64,000 nt of DNA. Origin: Chthonomonadales bacterium (GTDB lineage Bacteria; Armatimonadota; Chthonomonadetes; Chthonomonadales; CAJBBX01). The stretch covers positions 30,887 through 94,886 of the forward strand of contig JBBIPC010000015.1 in NCBI GenBank assembly GCA_037443035.1, written 5' to 3'. The number at the start of each line of letters is the position of its first letter. Position 1 is the stretch's first letter. Shown piece after piece: positions 20,132-30,266 of this stretch. A model generated the notes under the pieces. That model made no database searches. It saw only the letters and a program-made list of their open reading frames with translations, and was not told the origin of the DNA. Both the position numbers and the translations under genes were made by a program.

Positions 20132-22114
20132 ATGATGGTTCCGGAGGAACTCGGAGAAGGCTCTTACGCCGAGCGCCGATCTATCATGCGCGTCCTCGGC
20201 GCCATCGCCACGAGCAGGCTTGCTTCGGCCGCCTATCAGGTTATCGCCGACGAGGTTCGATCGCTCCTTGGTGCTGGCACGGTCGTGGTTGGATTGGCCA
20301 CTCCACAGACCGAGTCCATGGACTTTGTCGCAGTTTCAGGCCGCGATCCTGCGGAGATCGTGGGTTTGCGGGTTGCCTCTGAGGACACGCTGGCCAATCC
20401 CGCCCTCCGATCGGGGCGAGCCATGCTCCTCCGTTCGGACGGGCCGACTGGACTTCGTTCGGGAGCGATTGCGCCCATCCTTACGTCCGAGGGTGTCGCC
20501 GGAGCCATCATCGCCGTGGACGGTGAGCACGCAGGTAGTTTCACGGAGGAGGACCTCGACGTTCTCACCTTGTTCGCTAACGCCGCCGGGCTCGTTGTGG
20601 ACTGTGAAGGAGCTCGCCGCGCACTGGCCGACAAGGAGCGGGAGCTTGCTGCGCTCTATGACGCTGCTCGCACGATCACATCAACCGTCAATCTGCAGGC
20701 TGTGCTGGACTCGGTCCTGCAGGCCATAAGTCAGCACCTTCCTGTTCAGACCGCTGCCATCTACTTGCTGAACGATGAACGCAGTCACCTGTTCATCACG
20801 GCCGACCGGGGCCTCAGCGATGATGAACGCGAGGTGCAGCTTGCTGCCGATGCTGGCATTGCCGGAGAGGTCCTCAGGACCGGAGAGTCCCGTATTCTCG
20901 GCGATACTCAGGATGCCGCCGACGCCGATACCGTGTCGCCAACGCCCCGTTGTAGATCGCTGATGGTGGCGCCCATCCGGAGCGCTGGCGAGGTGCTGGG
21001 CCTTCTCACGGTAACGAGCTCCCAACCGGCGGCGTACCGCGCGGAGGATCTGCACCTACTCGAGGCGGTGGCCACGCAGGCGGGCATTGCCATCCACAAT
21101 GCCACGCTCTACGAGGATGCTACAAGCCGCGCTGAAGCTGCGAACGCCCTCTTCACGTTCTCGCAGCGTGTGGGTGCCACGCTGGATGTTCGCGAGGTAC
21201 TCGATTGCGTTGCGGAAACCACCATGAGTCTGCTGGGAGTGGACGGCTTCGCGGCCATGCTCATGGACCATCGCGACGGTCGCTTGCACGCCCACGCGGT
21301 TCGCGGACTGGACGAGGAAGCGTTCGGCGCGATTCGTCCGCGCAGCGGCGAAGGGATCGCTGGTTGGGTATATGCGTGGACTTGTCCTACGGCGGTGGCA
21401 GATATCGCCGCCGACGCCCGCAATCGGAGCATGCCGATTCACCAGCTCGGCATCGTTTCGTGCCTCTGTGTACCGATTGGATCGGTTCAGGGCGTCCTGC
21501 TGGCACTTTCCTCCCGGAGACGTCTCTTCACGGTGGCCGAGATCGAACTGCTCTATACGATCGCAAATCAAGCGTCCCTGGCCATCACGAATGCTACAGC
21601 GTACCAGCGTGCCCAGGAGCGGTCCCTTGCCATGCGGCGCTACTTCCGCCGCTTCGCTGCCGCCATCGGTAGCGCCGCCGATACGAACCAGACTTTGCAG
21701 CTGGTGGCCGATGTCGCTCTCGACGTCATGAAGGCCGACCGTTGTGCCATCTATGCCACGACCGGCGACGAGCTGGTGCTCCGTGCCGAGAGCCGGCTTG
21801 CGGGCCGGTGTGCGCCCGACCAGCGAATCCCCGTGGGCACGGGGTTGACAGGCGCTGTGGCGGCCACAGGACGTATTCTCACCTCAATGCCTCTTTCCGA
21901 CGATGACCGTGCTAGAGTACATGCATGGCACGGAAAGGAGCAGTTGGCGTCGTACGTAGGGATCCCGCTCAAGGAGCGACGACGCATCACAGGTGTCCTG
22001 GAGCTGCTCACCCAGGATCCCCGTTCTTTCACACCCGATGAGCTTCGGCTCCTATCCCAGTTTGTGCTCAAGGCGCGGCTCGGGGAGCGCCTTGGCGAGG
22101 AGGTTCGAGAGTGA
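20132..22114 (+). CDS. Multi-GAF domain protein (four GAF domains, no recognisable output domain)
   Basis: Repeated GAF signatures ending [36 protein letters not shown]. Confidence 0.85.
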   Translation: MMVPEELGEGSYAERRSIMRVLGAIATSRLASAAYQVIADEVRSLLGAGTVVVGLATPQTESMDFVAVSGRDPAEIVGLRVASEDTLANPALRSGRAMLLRSDGPTGLRSGAIAPILTSEGVAGAIIAVDGEHAGSFTEEDLDVLTLFANAAGLVVDCEGARRALADKERELAALYDAARTITSTVNLQAVLDSVLQAISQHLPVQTAAIYLLNDERSHLFITADRGLSDDEREVQLAADAGIAGEVLRTGESRILGDTQDAADADTVSPTPRCRSLMVAPIRSAGEVLGLLTVTSSQPAAYRAEDLHLLEAVATQAGIAIHNATLYEDATSRAEAANALFTFSQRVGATLDVREVLDCVAETTMSLLGVDGFAAMLMDHRDGRLHAHAVRGLDEEAFGAIRPRSGEGIAGWVYAWTCPTAVADIAADARNRSMPIHQLGIVSCLCVPIGSVQGVLLALSSRRRLFTVAEIELLYTIANQASLAITNATAYQRAQERSLAMRRYFRRFAAAIGSAADTNQTLQLVADVALDVMKADRCAIYATTGDELVLRAESRLAGRCAPDQRIPVGTGLTGAVAATGRILTSMPLSDDDRARVHAWHGKEQLASYVGIPLKERRRITGVLELLTQDPRSFTPDELRLLSQFVLKARLGERLGEEVRE

Positions 22115-23115
22115 CATCCGAGACATCCCATCACCAGGTCATCATCCTCGGCAGCGGTCCAGCCGGCTACACGGCCGCCCTCTACACGGCCCGTGCCGGT
22201 CTGAAGCCGCTCGTGATTGACGGTGGGCCAGGCAAGGGACAGGACATGCAGGGCCAAGGTGGTCAGTTGACGATAACTTCAGAAGTAGAAAACTACCCGG
22301 GCTTCCCCGAGGGGATTATGGGCCCAGAACTCATGGCTCGGATGCGCGAGCAGGTTGCCCGATTCGGCACGGAATTCGTAGAGGACCTGGCGACCGATGT
22401 GGAACTGTCGGCGAGGCCGTTCCGCGTTTGGGTGAATGATAGCAGCTACACTGCAGATGTGCTCATCGTCGCGACGGGAGCTTCGGCAAGATGGCTCGGC
22501 CTGGATGCCGAGAAGCCGGTATGGGAAGGCGGCCTGGGTGGAGCCGGCGTCTCCGCGTGCGCCACGTGTGACGGTCCCATGCCCGTGTTTCGGAACAAGC
22601 CTCTTGTCGTGGTAGGCGGCGGCGATACTGCGGCGGAGGAGGCGCTGTACCTGACCCACTTCGCTTCGCATGTCTACATCGTCCATCGCCGCGATGCCCT
22701 GAGGGCCTCTCGCATCATGCAGAAACGCGTGCTGGAACATCCCAAGATCACCGTCCTCTGGAACAAGGTGGTGGCGGACATCCACGACGTGGCACAGAAG
22801 CGGGTGACGGGTGTCTCCCTGCGGGATACCGTTACCGGTGCAGTCGGTTTCCACGAGTGCAGCGGCGTGTTCATCGCCATCGGCCACAAGCCCAACAGCG
22901 AGCTCTTTGTGGGCAAACTCGAACTGGACACCAACGGCTATATCGTGACGCACCGCGATGTTCGTTCCTCCGTTCGTGGCGTCTTCGCGTGTGGCGACGT
23001 GCAGGACCATGAGTACCGTCAGGCCGTAACCGCCGCGGGTTCCGGCTGCATGGCAGCTATCCAGGCAGAGCGATTTCTGGCCGCGGAGCAGGCTGGCGAA
23101 ACCGTGGAATGGTAG
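22111..23115 (+). CDS. trxB: Thioredoxin-disulfide reductase
   Basis: [58 protein letters not shown]. Confidence 0.95.
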   Translation: MTSETSHHQVIILGSGPAGYTAALYTARAGLKPLVIDGGPGKGQDMQGQGGQLTITSEVENYPGFPEGIMGPELMARMREQVARFGTEFVEDLATDVELSARPFRVWVNDSSYTADVLIVATGASARWLGLDAEKPVWEGGLGGAGVSACATCDGPMPVFRNKPLVVVGGGDTAAEEALYLTHFASHVYIVHRRDALRASRIMQKRVLEHPKITVLWNKVVADIHDVAQKRVTGVSLRDTVTGAVGFHECSGVFIAIGHKPNSELFVGKLELDTNGYIVTHRDVRSSVRGVFACGDVQDHEYRQAVTAAGSGCMAAIQAERFLAAEQAGETVEW

Positions 23116-23173
23116 TCGTCCCATTCAGGGCTAAGCGACTCGACATCCGCTGGACGCCGCAGAAACGGTTGCG

Positions 23174-24337
23174 ATGACCGCTGTTGCAGACACCCTTCCC
23201 TATGCCGAGCACTTCACACGGCTGGGAGAGTTGTTCGGCCTCGACACCCCCATCCGGCTTCTTTGGGAAGCGCTGGAACGGGACCAGGTGGCTGGAGCCT
23301 ATATCCTACGCGGTCCTACCGGCGTGGGCAAGACCGCCTTGGCTTTGGCATTCGCACAGGCGGCCGCCTGTCTGACTCCGCAGCGGACCCCGTACCGTGC
23401 ATGCGAGACCTGCGAAAGCTGTGTTCGCATTGCCGCTGGCACCCAGCCGGAGATTGTTCTCATCCAACCCGCCGGCGAGCAAACGCAGATCTGGCAGTTC
23501 TGGGATCGGGAGCGAAAGCCTCCTGGCGCCCTCGAACGTGCGCTGACCTTCTCTCCCGTGTTGGGCCGGAAGCGCGTGTTCATCCTGGAGCGGGCCGATA
23601 CGCTCAACCAGGCTGCGGCCAATAGTATCCTCAAGGTGCTCGAGGAGCCTCCATCCTATGCGGTGTTCGTCTTGCTGACGCCGAGCACCGAGAGGATCCT
23701 TCCGACCATCCTCTCACGCTGTCAGATCGTCACGGTTCGGCCTCCCGAGCGTCAGGCACTCGAGGATTGGCTCGTCAGCCATCACGGCCTACCTTCTCAC
23801 AGAGCTCCGGTCATCGCTGCTCTCGCCGAGGGGTTGCCCGGGACCGCCGTGCGTTTGGTCCGAAACCCTGGTACCTTGGAGGCAGTGGATCGCTGCACGG
23901 AAGCCGCCCTTCGTCTTGCAGACGCACGCGCGTTGGCAGCGCTGAAGATCGCTGAGGAACTGCGGGGGCTGGCTGCCAGCATGAAACCTCTGAGAGCTGC
24001 TCCGGAGCCTTCTCCGAGCGAGGACGGTGAGGAAGGATCCTCGGCACGATCTCGTGCGGATCGAGGCGGTCTCGGCGCGGTGCTAGATGTGGTCATCACC
24101 GTGTTTCGCGACCTGCTGCTCTTGCGGGTGGATCCCGAGAAGACCGAGGTGGTGCATCGTGACCACCTGGACGTCCTGAGAAGCATCGCTGGTCGAGCCG
24201 AAGCAGACCATTGGATCGGCGCCATGGAGATTCTTTCCCAGGCCAGGCGACGTCTGGAACAGAATGTCTCGCCGCAACTCATTACGGACTGGCTGGCGAC
24301 GGCCATTGCCAGTCGCACGATTACAGAGAGGAGCTAG
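23174..24337 (+). CDS. holB: DNA polymerase III delta-prime subunit
   Basis: GPTGVGKT, Zn module C..ACETCESC, AANSILKVLEEPP, ILPTILSRCQ. Confidence 0.88.
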   Translation: MTAVADTLPYAEHFTRLGELFGLDTPIRLLWEALERDQVAGAYILRGPTGVGKTALALAFAQAAACLTPQRTPYRACETCESCVRIAAGTQPEIVLIQPAGEQTQIWQFWDRERKPPGALERALTFSPVLGRKRVFILERADTLNQAAANSILKVLEEPPSYAVFVLLTPSTERILPTILSRCQIVTVRPPERQALEDWLVSHHGLPSHRAPVIAALAEGLPGTAVRLVRNPGTLEAVDRCTEAALRLADARALAALKIAEELRGLAASMKPLRAAPEPSPSEDGEEGSSARSRADRGGLGAVLDVVITVFRDLLLLRVDPEKTEVVHRDHLDVLRSIAGRAEADHWIGAMEILSQARRRLEQNVSPQLITDWLATAIASRTITERS

Positions 24338-24341
24338 GCGC

Positions 24342-24815
24342 TTGGCGACACTCAAACTAGGAGACCGCGTCCGAATCGTCGCACGCCCGGCAACCGCCGA
24401 GGACAGCAAGACGGGACTTTACTTCCCCCACTACGCGGGATTACCAGGGACGATAGCCCATCTATACTCCGACGGCGAGGCCGCGGTGGAGATCGACCTG
24501 GAGGCGCTATCGCCGGACGTGCGCGCTCGGCACAATTCCGTCCGCGACCAGATGAAGACGAAATGGCTCGAGGGCCTCTCTGAGGAGGGACGTGCACGAC
24601 TGACAGATCGCGAAAAGGACTTTCGCCTCCGCTATGTCGTGCTCGTGGCAGTCAAGGATCTGGAGCGGGACAAGACGCCAGTGGCAGCGGCGCCCATCGT
24701 ATCGGGGGAGACAGGCGACGGGTCGGATGAGGCTCCGCGCCGGCCAACCTCGGAGGATCTCAGCCGCGCGGAGGAAGAGGAGTTGCTCCGCAGGCGGAGA
24801 GACAGGTCGGCGTAG
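24342..24815 (+). CDS. Hypothetical protein (KOW/SH3-like N-terminus, charged tail)
   Basis: GAGGAG RBS then TTG 24342; LKLGDRVRIV; 4 nt after holB. Confidence 0.65.
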   Translation: MATLKLGDRVRIVARPATAEDSKTGLYFPHYAGLPGTIAHLYSDGEAAVEIDLEALSPDVRARHNSVRDQMKTKWLEGLSEEGRARLTDREKDFRLRYVVLVAVKDLERDKTPVAAAPIVSGETGDGSDEAPRRPTSEDLSRAEEEELLRRRRDRSA

Positions 24816-24834
24816 TACCTCGGCCGATTAGTTC

Positions 24835-25521
24835 CTAACCGCCACCGAGTGCTGCCGAGGGACAAAGCTCGGCAACGGGACACTCCGCACAGCGCGGTCT
24901 GCGAGCATCGCAAAGATCCCGGCCGTGGAGGATGAGCGTATGGCCCAGCACGGTCCACAGGTCTCTGGGAAACAGCGCCATCAGATCCTGTTCGATCTTG
25001 TCTGGGTCGGTGTGCTGGGTCCAGCCGAGCCGCTGCGCGATACGCTTCACATGCGTATCAACGACAACGCCCTCGTTCTTGCCGAACGCCGTCCCTAAGA
25101 CGACGTTTGCGGTCTTCCGTGCAACACCCCGGAGAGAGGTTAACTCGTCCATATTCTCCGGCACCTTACCGCCGAACCGAGTGACGATGTCCTGGCTCAT
25201 GGTGATGAGGCTCTTCGTCTTCTCGCGGAAGAACCCCGTGCTCCGGATCATGCTCTCCAGCTCAGCGGGATCGGCCGCAGCCATGGCATAGGGGTCGGGA
25301 TAGCGGGCGAACAGGGCCGGCGTGACCATGTTCACCCGCTTGTCCGTACACTGGGCACTCAGGATGGTGGCGCAGAGGAGTTCCCACGCGTTGCGATGGA
25401 CGAGCGCGCACGTGGCCCCTGGGTAGCGCTCCATGAGCCGCTCCAGCACCTCCATCGCGGGCCGTGGATCGGGTGCTTTAGCGGTGCGATCCGCAGCGCC
25501 GCCTCCACTGCGCCGGACCAT
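24835..25521 (-). CDS. nth: Endonuclease III
   Basis: ILSAQCTDKRVN, HhH LRGVARKTANVV, VDTHV, 4Fe-4S motif CDARRPRCAECPVAELC. Confidence 0.95.
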   Translation of the reverse strand: MVRRSGGGAADRTAKAPDPRPAMEVLERLMERYPGATCALVHRNAWELLCATILSAQCTDKRVNMVTPALFARYPDPYAMAAADPAELESMIRSTGFFREKTKSLITMSQDIVTRFGGKVPENMDELTSLRGVARKTANVVLGTAFGKNEGVVVDTHVKRIAQRLGWTQHTDPDKIEQDLMALFPRDLWTVLGHTLILHGRDLCDARRPRCAECPVAELCPSAALGGG

Positions 25522-25522
25522 A

Positions 25523-26791
25523 TCAGTCGAGCTCGATGCCTAGCTTCTTCAGAGCCTCCTCGATACGCTTGTCGCCATCGCTGTAGCCGACAATAGCCTC
25601 GGCCACCCTGCCCTGCGCGTCAATGATGTAGGTCGTGGGGATGCCGCTCACGTTGAACAGCTTGCCAGCGATACTACTGGCGCCGCGTCCAGCAGGATCG
25701 AACGCGAACTGGTAGCCGTACTTGGTCTTGTTCGTCTCCAGCCATGCATCGTACGCCTGCTTCGTATCCCATACGCAGACAGCAAGGATGACGGCATTCT
25801 TCCCCTGGATGGCCTTGTGGACTTCCTGCAAGTGCGGCATGGACTTCTGGCACGGAGGACACCATGTCGCCCAGAAGTCCAGAATGACGATCTTCCCCCG
25901 ATAGTCCGAGAGCTTCACATCACCGCCGCCTGCCTTTTCCGCCACGAAATCCGGAGCTTGTGTCCCCGGCTTGAGGAGTTCTGGCCTAGCTGGCTGCTTC
26001 GGCGAAAGATCGAGAGCCGCCTTGGTGGTTGGGCGCAGAGTGAGATTGGAACCGTCGGGTGCGACGACGGCTTCGTAGACCTTCTCTCCAAGCTTGAACG
26101 GAGCGCGGATATCCAGCGGTCCCAGCCCCCATTTGCCGTCGTCGTTGATGTCTACGAGGAGCCAGACCGGCCGCGTCTTGGAGGCTTCCTCGACGGTGCC
26201 GACCGGTTTGGAGAATAGACCGTCGCTATCGTTCTCGATGAGCAGGACCTTGTGCTGCTTGCCGTCCAGGGCGATGGTCCCTGTACGGGCAGCCTCCCGG
26301 TAGACGAGAAGGGCCGGGATGTCGGCGAAGCGGTACACGGCGATGCCGTACTGGACCGAGGATGTCTCTTTGGCAGCGGATCCATAGGAGGCGCGCACCA
26401 TGTAGCGGTTCACGCCATACATGACCCTCCCATTCCGATCAGAACGGTTGCTCCACTTGCCATCGCCGTCGTCCGTCAGGTCACCGTTCGAATTTGCGTC
26501 CACATAGATTCGCCATTCACCGCCTTCCGGTTCGTCCACGGCAATCGCGATGGCGCTTCGTGGTCCATTGCCCACACGCAGCACGCCGTACTTTGGCGTC
26601 GTCACATAGGCGGGTTCCTTCTTGACTGTATGCGGCTTCTGAGGGCTCAGGGCGACGCGCACAGGAAAGTAGCCAACCCTTGCCAGGGTCGTGCCACGCG
26701 GTTCTAGCTCGAGCTTGGCCGTCTGCGCCCATGCGAAGAGGGGCATGATGAGGAGTGTCAGCACAACTCCGGCAATGAGACTATGACGCAT
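25523..26791 (-). CDS. Exported TlpA/ResA-family thiol-disulfide oxidoreductase with a large N-terminal domain
   Basis: Signal peptide (AWA|Q); LSDYRGKIVILDFWATWCPPC, VSGIPTTYIID. Confidence 0.87.
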   Translation of the reverse strand: MRHSLIAGVVLTLLIMPLFAWAQTAKLELEPRGTTLARVGYFPVRVALSPQKPHTVKKEPAYVTTPKYGVLRVGNGPRSAIAIAVDEPEGGEWRIYVDANSNGDLTDDGDGKWSNRSDRNGRVMYGVNRYMVRASYGSAAKETSSVQYGIAVYRFADIPALLVYREAARTGTIALDGKQHKVLLIENDSDGLFSKPVGTVEEASKTRPVWLLVDINDDGKWGLGPLDIRAPFKLGEKVYEAVVAPDGSNLTLRPTTKAALDLSPKQPARPELLKPGTQAPDFVAEKAGGGDVKLSDYRGKIVILDFWATWCPPCQKSMPHLQEVHKAIQGKNAVILAVCVWDTKQAYDAWLETNKTKYGYQFAFDPAGRGASSIAGKLFNVSGIPTTYIIDAQGRVAEAIVGYSDGDKRIEEALKKLGIELD

Positions 26792-26871
26792 AGATGTCCG
26801 CCTCCTTGTGGTGGCTTTCGATGGACCCGGAGCAATAGGACCCGGTTCATGATAGCTTACCTGCTGCAGCT

Positions 26872-26903
26872 AAGGAAAAGGGAGGGTCCGGTGGACCCTC
26901 CCT
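26872..26903 (-). terminator. Rho-independent terminator of the SBBP gene
   Basis: Minus strand: AGGGAGGGTCC-ACC-GGACCCTCCC-TTTTCCTT. Confidence 0.8.
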
Positions 26904-26924
26904 GATACGTCACGGCTACGGGGA

Positions 26925-29903
26925 TCAGTAGATGGTCAGCGTTCCGGTTCCCACGCCTGCATCCACGAACGCATCGCCCGCGAACTCGCAGGTCTGCGTG
27001 TGCGTGCCGATGCTCTCCGTCGTCGGATACAAGAACGTCGCAACCCCCGAGCCATTGGTGTTCATCGAGTGGATGGGTGTGCCATCTATCTTCCAGACGA
27101 CCGGCTTGTTGCCTTGCGGCAGATAATCGTACAGCCGTCGGAAGTAGGCGTAGAGCTTGACGGTACCGTGATACGGGACGCTCTTGTTCGCCACCCAGAT
27201 GTACGGAAGCGCGGGCAGAACGTTGAGGTTGGCCGTCTTGCTGACCGGCAGGTAGCCACTGTCGCCGACCCACTCCGAGAGGATGATCCGCGTTCCTGCG
27301 CCACTGCCGTCCGGCACCACATAGACGGGCCACTTCGCATAGCCGTTCACGTCCGTGTAACGTGTGACGACAAAGGAGCCGTCTACGTAGAAGTTGATCG
27401 GCTTGTTGTAGATCGGGGTGTAATCGCTGCGTACAAGTCGGCACTTGAGCTCGGTGGTACCCGTAATTCTCTGGGTCCTGTCGAACGTTGCCATCTTCGT
27501 CGCCCAGACTACCGCCGTCAGGGTTGCGTTGGCGCTGGACGGGAGATAGGGGTCGTTCCCTGCGAACTCCGCCGTGATGGTTCGTGTTGTCGGACCAGGT
27601 GTTATCGTCCAGAGATAGTTGGCATCGCCGCCGCCATCCGTGATACCTGTGCCCACGGGTGTGCCATCTATCTTGAAGGTGATCGTCTGGCCGCTCAGCA
27701 GACCGTTATCGTAGGTCCTGCGGAGGTCATAGGAGCGCAGGTTGACGCCTTCGCCGACCGTGCCAGTGCGATCGATCGTGTAGAGCGTCGTCGGCAGGTA
27801 GAGCACGTTGAAGCGCGCCAGGAACCCGTCCTCGTAACCGCCGCCGTAGGCTGGCTTGATCACACCGGAGGTCGTCGGGAAGTTCGTAGATGTCGTGAAG
27901 CCAGAGACGTAAAGGATATTGGAGCCGTCGCTGGCCACTCCCGTGGCGCCGTCGAGACCGCTACCACCCATGTACGTGGAATACTTCAGAAGCACCCCGC
28001 CTCCGGTGGGCTGAATCCTGGCGACAAAGGCGTCGCTGTAACCGCTGCGCACCGTCTGGAACGCTCCTGGGGTCACGGGGAAGTCGGGGGACCGGGTCTC
28101 GCCCACAATGTACATGTGACCGAGGCCATCCTGTGCCAGGGCATTTGCCACGTCATCTTCGGAACCACCCAGGTAGGTGCCCCAGTGCAGGACTGCACCG
28201 CCAGGTTCTATGGCTGCGAAGAAAGCATCCTTCCTCCCCGCATTCGCGCCTTGGTAAGCTCCTCGGAGGGGCAAGTCGTTGGAGTCAGCACGACCCACGA
28301 AGCAGACGTTGCCCGAACCGTCTATGGCCACCGCCTCGGCTCCGTCGGTCCAGGAGCCGCCGTAGAGGGTAGACCAGACGAGGCTCGAGCCGCTCGCGTC
28401 GAACATAGTGACGAAGGCATCGCTCTCGCCCTTGATGGTGGTCTGGTAAGCGCCGGGTGTCGTGGGGAACGTAGCGGAGTTCGTCCGTCCGACCACCACG
28501 ACGCGGCTGTAGTTGTCCACTGTCACGCCAGTTCCGTACTGCTCCTGGGCGTTACCGTGCAGATAGCTGGAGAAGTGGTACGCACTGAGCCCCGGAACCA
28601 GGACGGTCGCGAACGCTGAGCTGGGCAGGCCAGATGGCCACGTGGTCTGGAATGCGCCACCTGTCGTCGGGAAGTTCGGCGACTGGGTCCAGCCCGTGAC
28701 CGCGACACTGCCGGTATTCGGATCGAGGGCCACGGAGCGTAGGGTGTCGTAGCCAGATCCGCCCACATAGGTCGAGGCCACGAGACCATTGCCCGTCGCG
28801 TCTAGCTCCGTAACGAAGCCGTCCGCACCTCCCGCGTTGGTGGGCTGGACGACGCCCGGCGTTACCGGAAAGTCGGGTGAATCCGTGTCGCCTACCACGA
28901 CAGCATTGCCGCTCCTGAGGACAATGGCGGAAGCATAGTCGTAGCCTGAGCCGCCCAAGTACGTCGAGTAGATCAGCGTCTTGCCGTCCGGGCTTATCTT
29001 GCTGACGACAGCATCGTAGTTGCCATTGATCGTCGTGTCATAGGCGCCGGACGTCACGGGGAAGTTGCCGCTGTTGGTCCAGCTTGCGACATAGGCGTAG
29101 CCCGCCCCATCTACGGCCACGGCCTGGGCGCCATCGTCGCCAGAACCACCCAGATACGTACCGAACTCGCGCACGGGTTCGACGAGCGGGTCGATGACGA
29201 GCGTGCGATTCCGATCGTAGCTGGCCACCCGGAAGCCGATGGAGCCATCGGACTTGGTCTCGAACCTTGCTGCCACCGGCACCTGGCGTCCGTTGATTAC
29301 CTGGTACGCATACGGACGCCGGTTCCGGAGCTCGCCAGAGCTCATCCGGAGACGCAGCTCGCCCGAGGACGTTACTGCCGCCCGGGCACCATCGTAGGTC
29401 AGCCGGATCTGCCTAGGATCGGCGCCAGGAGCGACGACGAAGTCATACTGCAACCGAACCTGATTGCCGTAGTACACGAGGTCAATGCCCGGATACACAC
29501 TCCTGTAGAGGACGCGCCCATAGGTCGGCACATCGGTAATCCATCGGGAGCGATCCTGCCCGAGCAGGTAGTTGGTCTTGCCTCGAAGTGGCTCTGCCGC
29601 GGTCGGTCGCGACGGGCTTGCGCCGAGGGGCCTCATGTTCACGGTGGCCCCTTTTTCGCGGAGTGTCAGGCTCGCGGCGCTGTCACGCAGCTCTACGGAG
29701 TAGCCCTGTCCGCGAGCCACATAACGGACGTCGCTGCCGGCCTGACCCATGTTGCGCTCGAAGTGCAACTTGACCTGAGCGAAGAGTGCGCTGGCCCTCG
29801 AACGTGGCACAGCGGTTCCCGCCTGACCGAACGCTCCAGGCATAGCCAGAAGCAACAGCGATCCGGCGGACAAGACACGGCTCAGAGTGCCCACATGCAT
29901 CAT
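26925..29903 (-). CDS. Secreted SBBP-repeat beta-propeller protein with C-terminal Ig-like repeats
   Basis: Signal peptide; FERNMGQ / YPGIDLVY / F.VAPGADP / LVIDP N-domain; seven STYLGG...FPVTPGA-type repeats; about three 100-aa Thr-rich repeats. Confidence 0.88.
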   Translation of the reverse strand: MMHVGTLSRVLSAGSLLLLAMPGAFGQAGTAVPRSRASALFAQVKLHFERNMGQAGSDVRYVARGQGYSVELRDSAASLTLREKGATVNMRPLGASPSRPTAAEPLRGKTNYLLGQDRSRWITDVPTYGRVLYRSVYPGIDLVYYGNQVRLQYDFVVAPGADPRQIRLTYDGARAAVTSSGELRLRMSSGELRNRRPYAYQVINGRQVPVAARFETKSDGSIGFRVASYDRNRTLVIDPLVEPVREFGTYLGGSGDDGAQAVAVDGAGYAYVASWTNSGNFPVTSGAYDTTINGNYDAVVSKISPDGKTLIYSTYLGGSGYDYASAIVLRSGNAVVVGDTDSPDFPVTPGVVQPTNAGGADGFVTELDATGNGLVASTYVGGSGYDTLRSVALDPNTGSVAVTGWTQSPNFPTTGGAFQTTWPSGLPSSAFATVLVPGLSAYHFSSYLHGNAQEQYGTGVTVDNYSRVVVVGRTNSATFPTTPGAYQTTIKGESDAFVTMFDASGSSLVWSTLYGGSWTDGAEAVAIDGSGNVCFVGRADSNDLPLRGAYQGANAGRKDAFFAAIEPGGAVLHWGTYLGGSEDDVANALAQDGLGHMYIVGETRSPDFPVTPGAFQTVRSGYSDAFVARIQPTGGGVLLKYSTYMGGSGLDGATGVASDGSNILYVSGFTTSTNFPTTSGVIKPAYGGGYEDGFLARFNVLYLPTTLYTIDRTGTVGEGVNLRSYDLRRTYDNGLLSGQTITFKIDGTPVGTGITDGGGDANYLWTITPGPTTRTITAEFAGNDPYLPSSANATLTAVVWATKMATFDRTQRITGTTELKCRLVRSDYTPIYNKPINFYVDGSFVVTRYTDVNGYAKWPVYVVPDGSGAGTRIILSEWVGDSGYLPVSKTANLNVLPALPYIWVANKSVPYHGTVKLYAYFRRLYDYLPQGNKPVVWKIDGTPIHSMNTNGSGVATFLYPTTESIGTHTQTCEFAGDAFVDAGVGTGTLTIY

Positions 29904-30135
29904 CGTTTCTGCGTTCTCCTTTCGGCCTGCGGCGATGCCTTTGCTACGGCGCCGCCGGCTTTCTCACCGGAGCAGTATGCCGTTCCAAGCACGGCCGGAT
30001 ACTGCACATGCATGAATCCGTGCTATCCAACAAGCTGTCTGCGGCCTGGCCGAACGTCGGGCGCTGTAGGCCAGGCTAGAGCCATCAACGACGAGAAGCC
30101 GCTCACTTCAAGGAGCGGTTCCCGTAGTACTGTCT

Positions 30136-30164
30136 AGTATAACGCGTTTCGGGCGAATGTGCTA
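30136..30164 (-). promoter_or_regulatory. Putative promoter of the SBBP gene
   Basis: Minus strand: TAGCAC, 17 nt, TATACT. Confidence 0.45.
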
Positions 30165-30266
30165 GTCCTCTAGCAGAAAAACCACGAAAAAGTGGCTGCA
30201 CCGCTCCATGGGAGCATCCGACGTACCCGGCTATACGGGATCGCTATGCTAGAATACGCCCCTAGG

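Noticed and set aside
27000..28619. 539-aa plus-strand ORF (also 54196..55554, 40679..41698, 36335..37411, 56349..57365, 2732..3553)
   Set aside because: Antisense shadows of well-supported genes in GC-rich DNA, with no recognisable motifs
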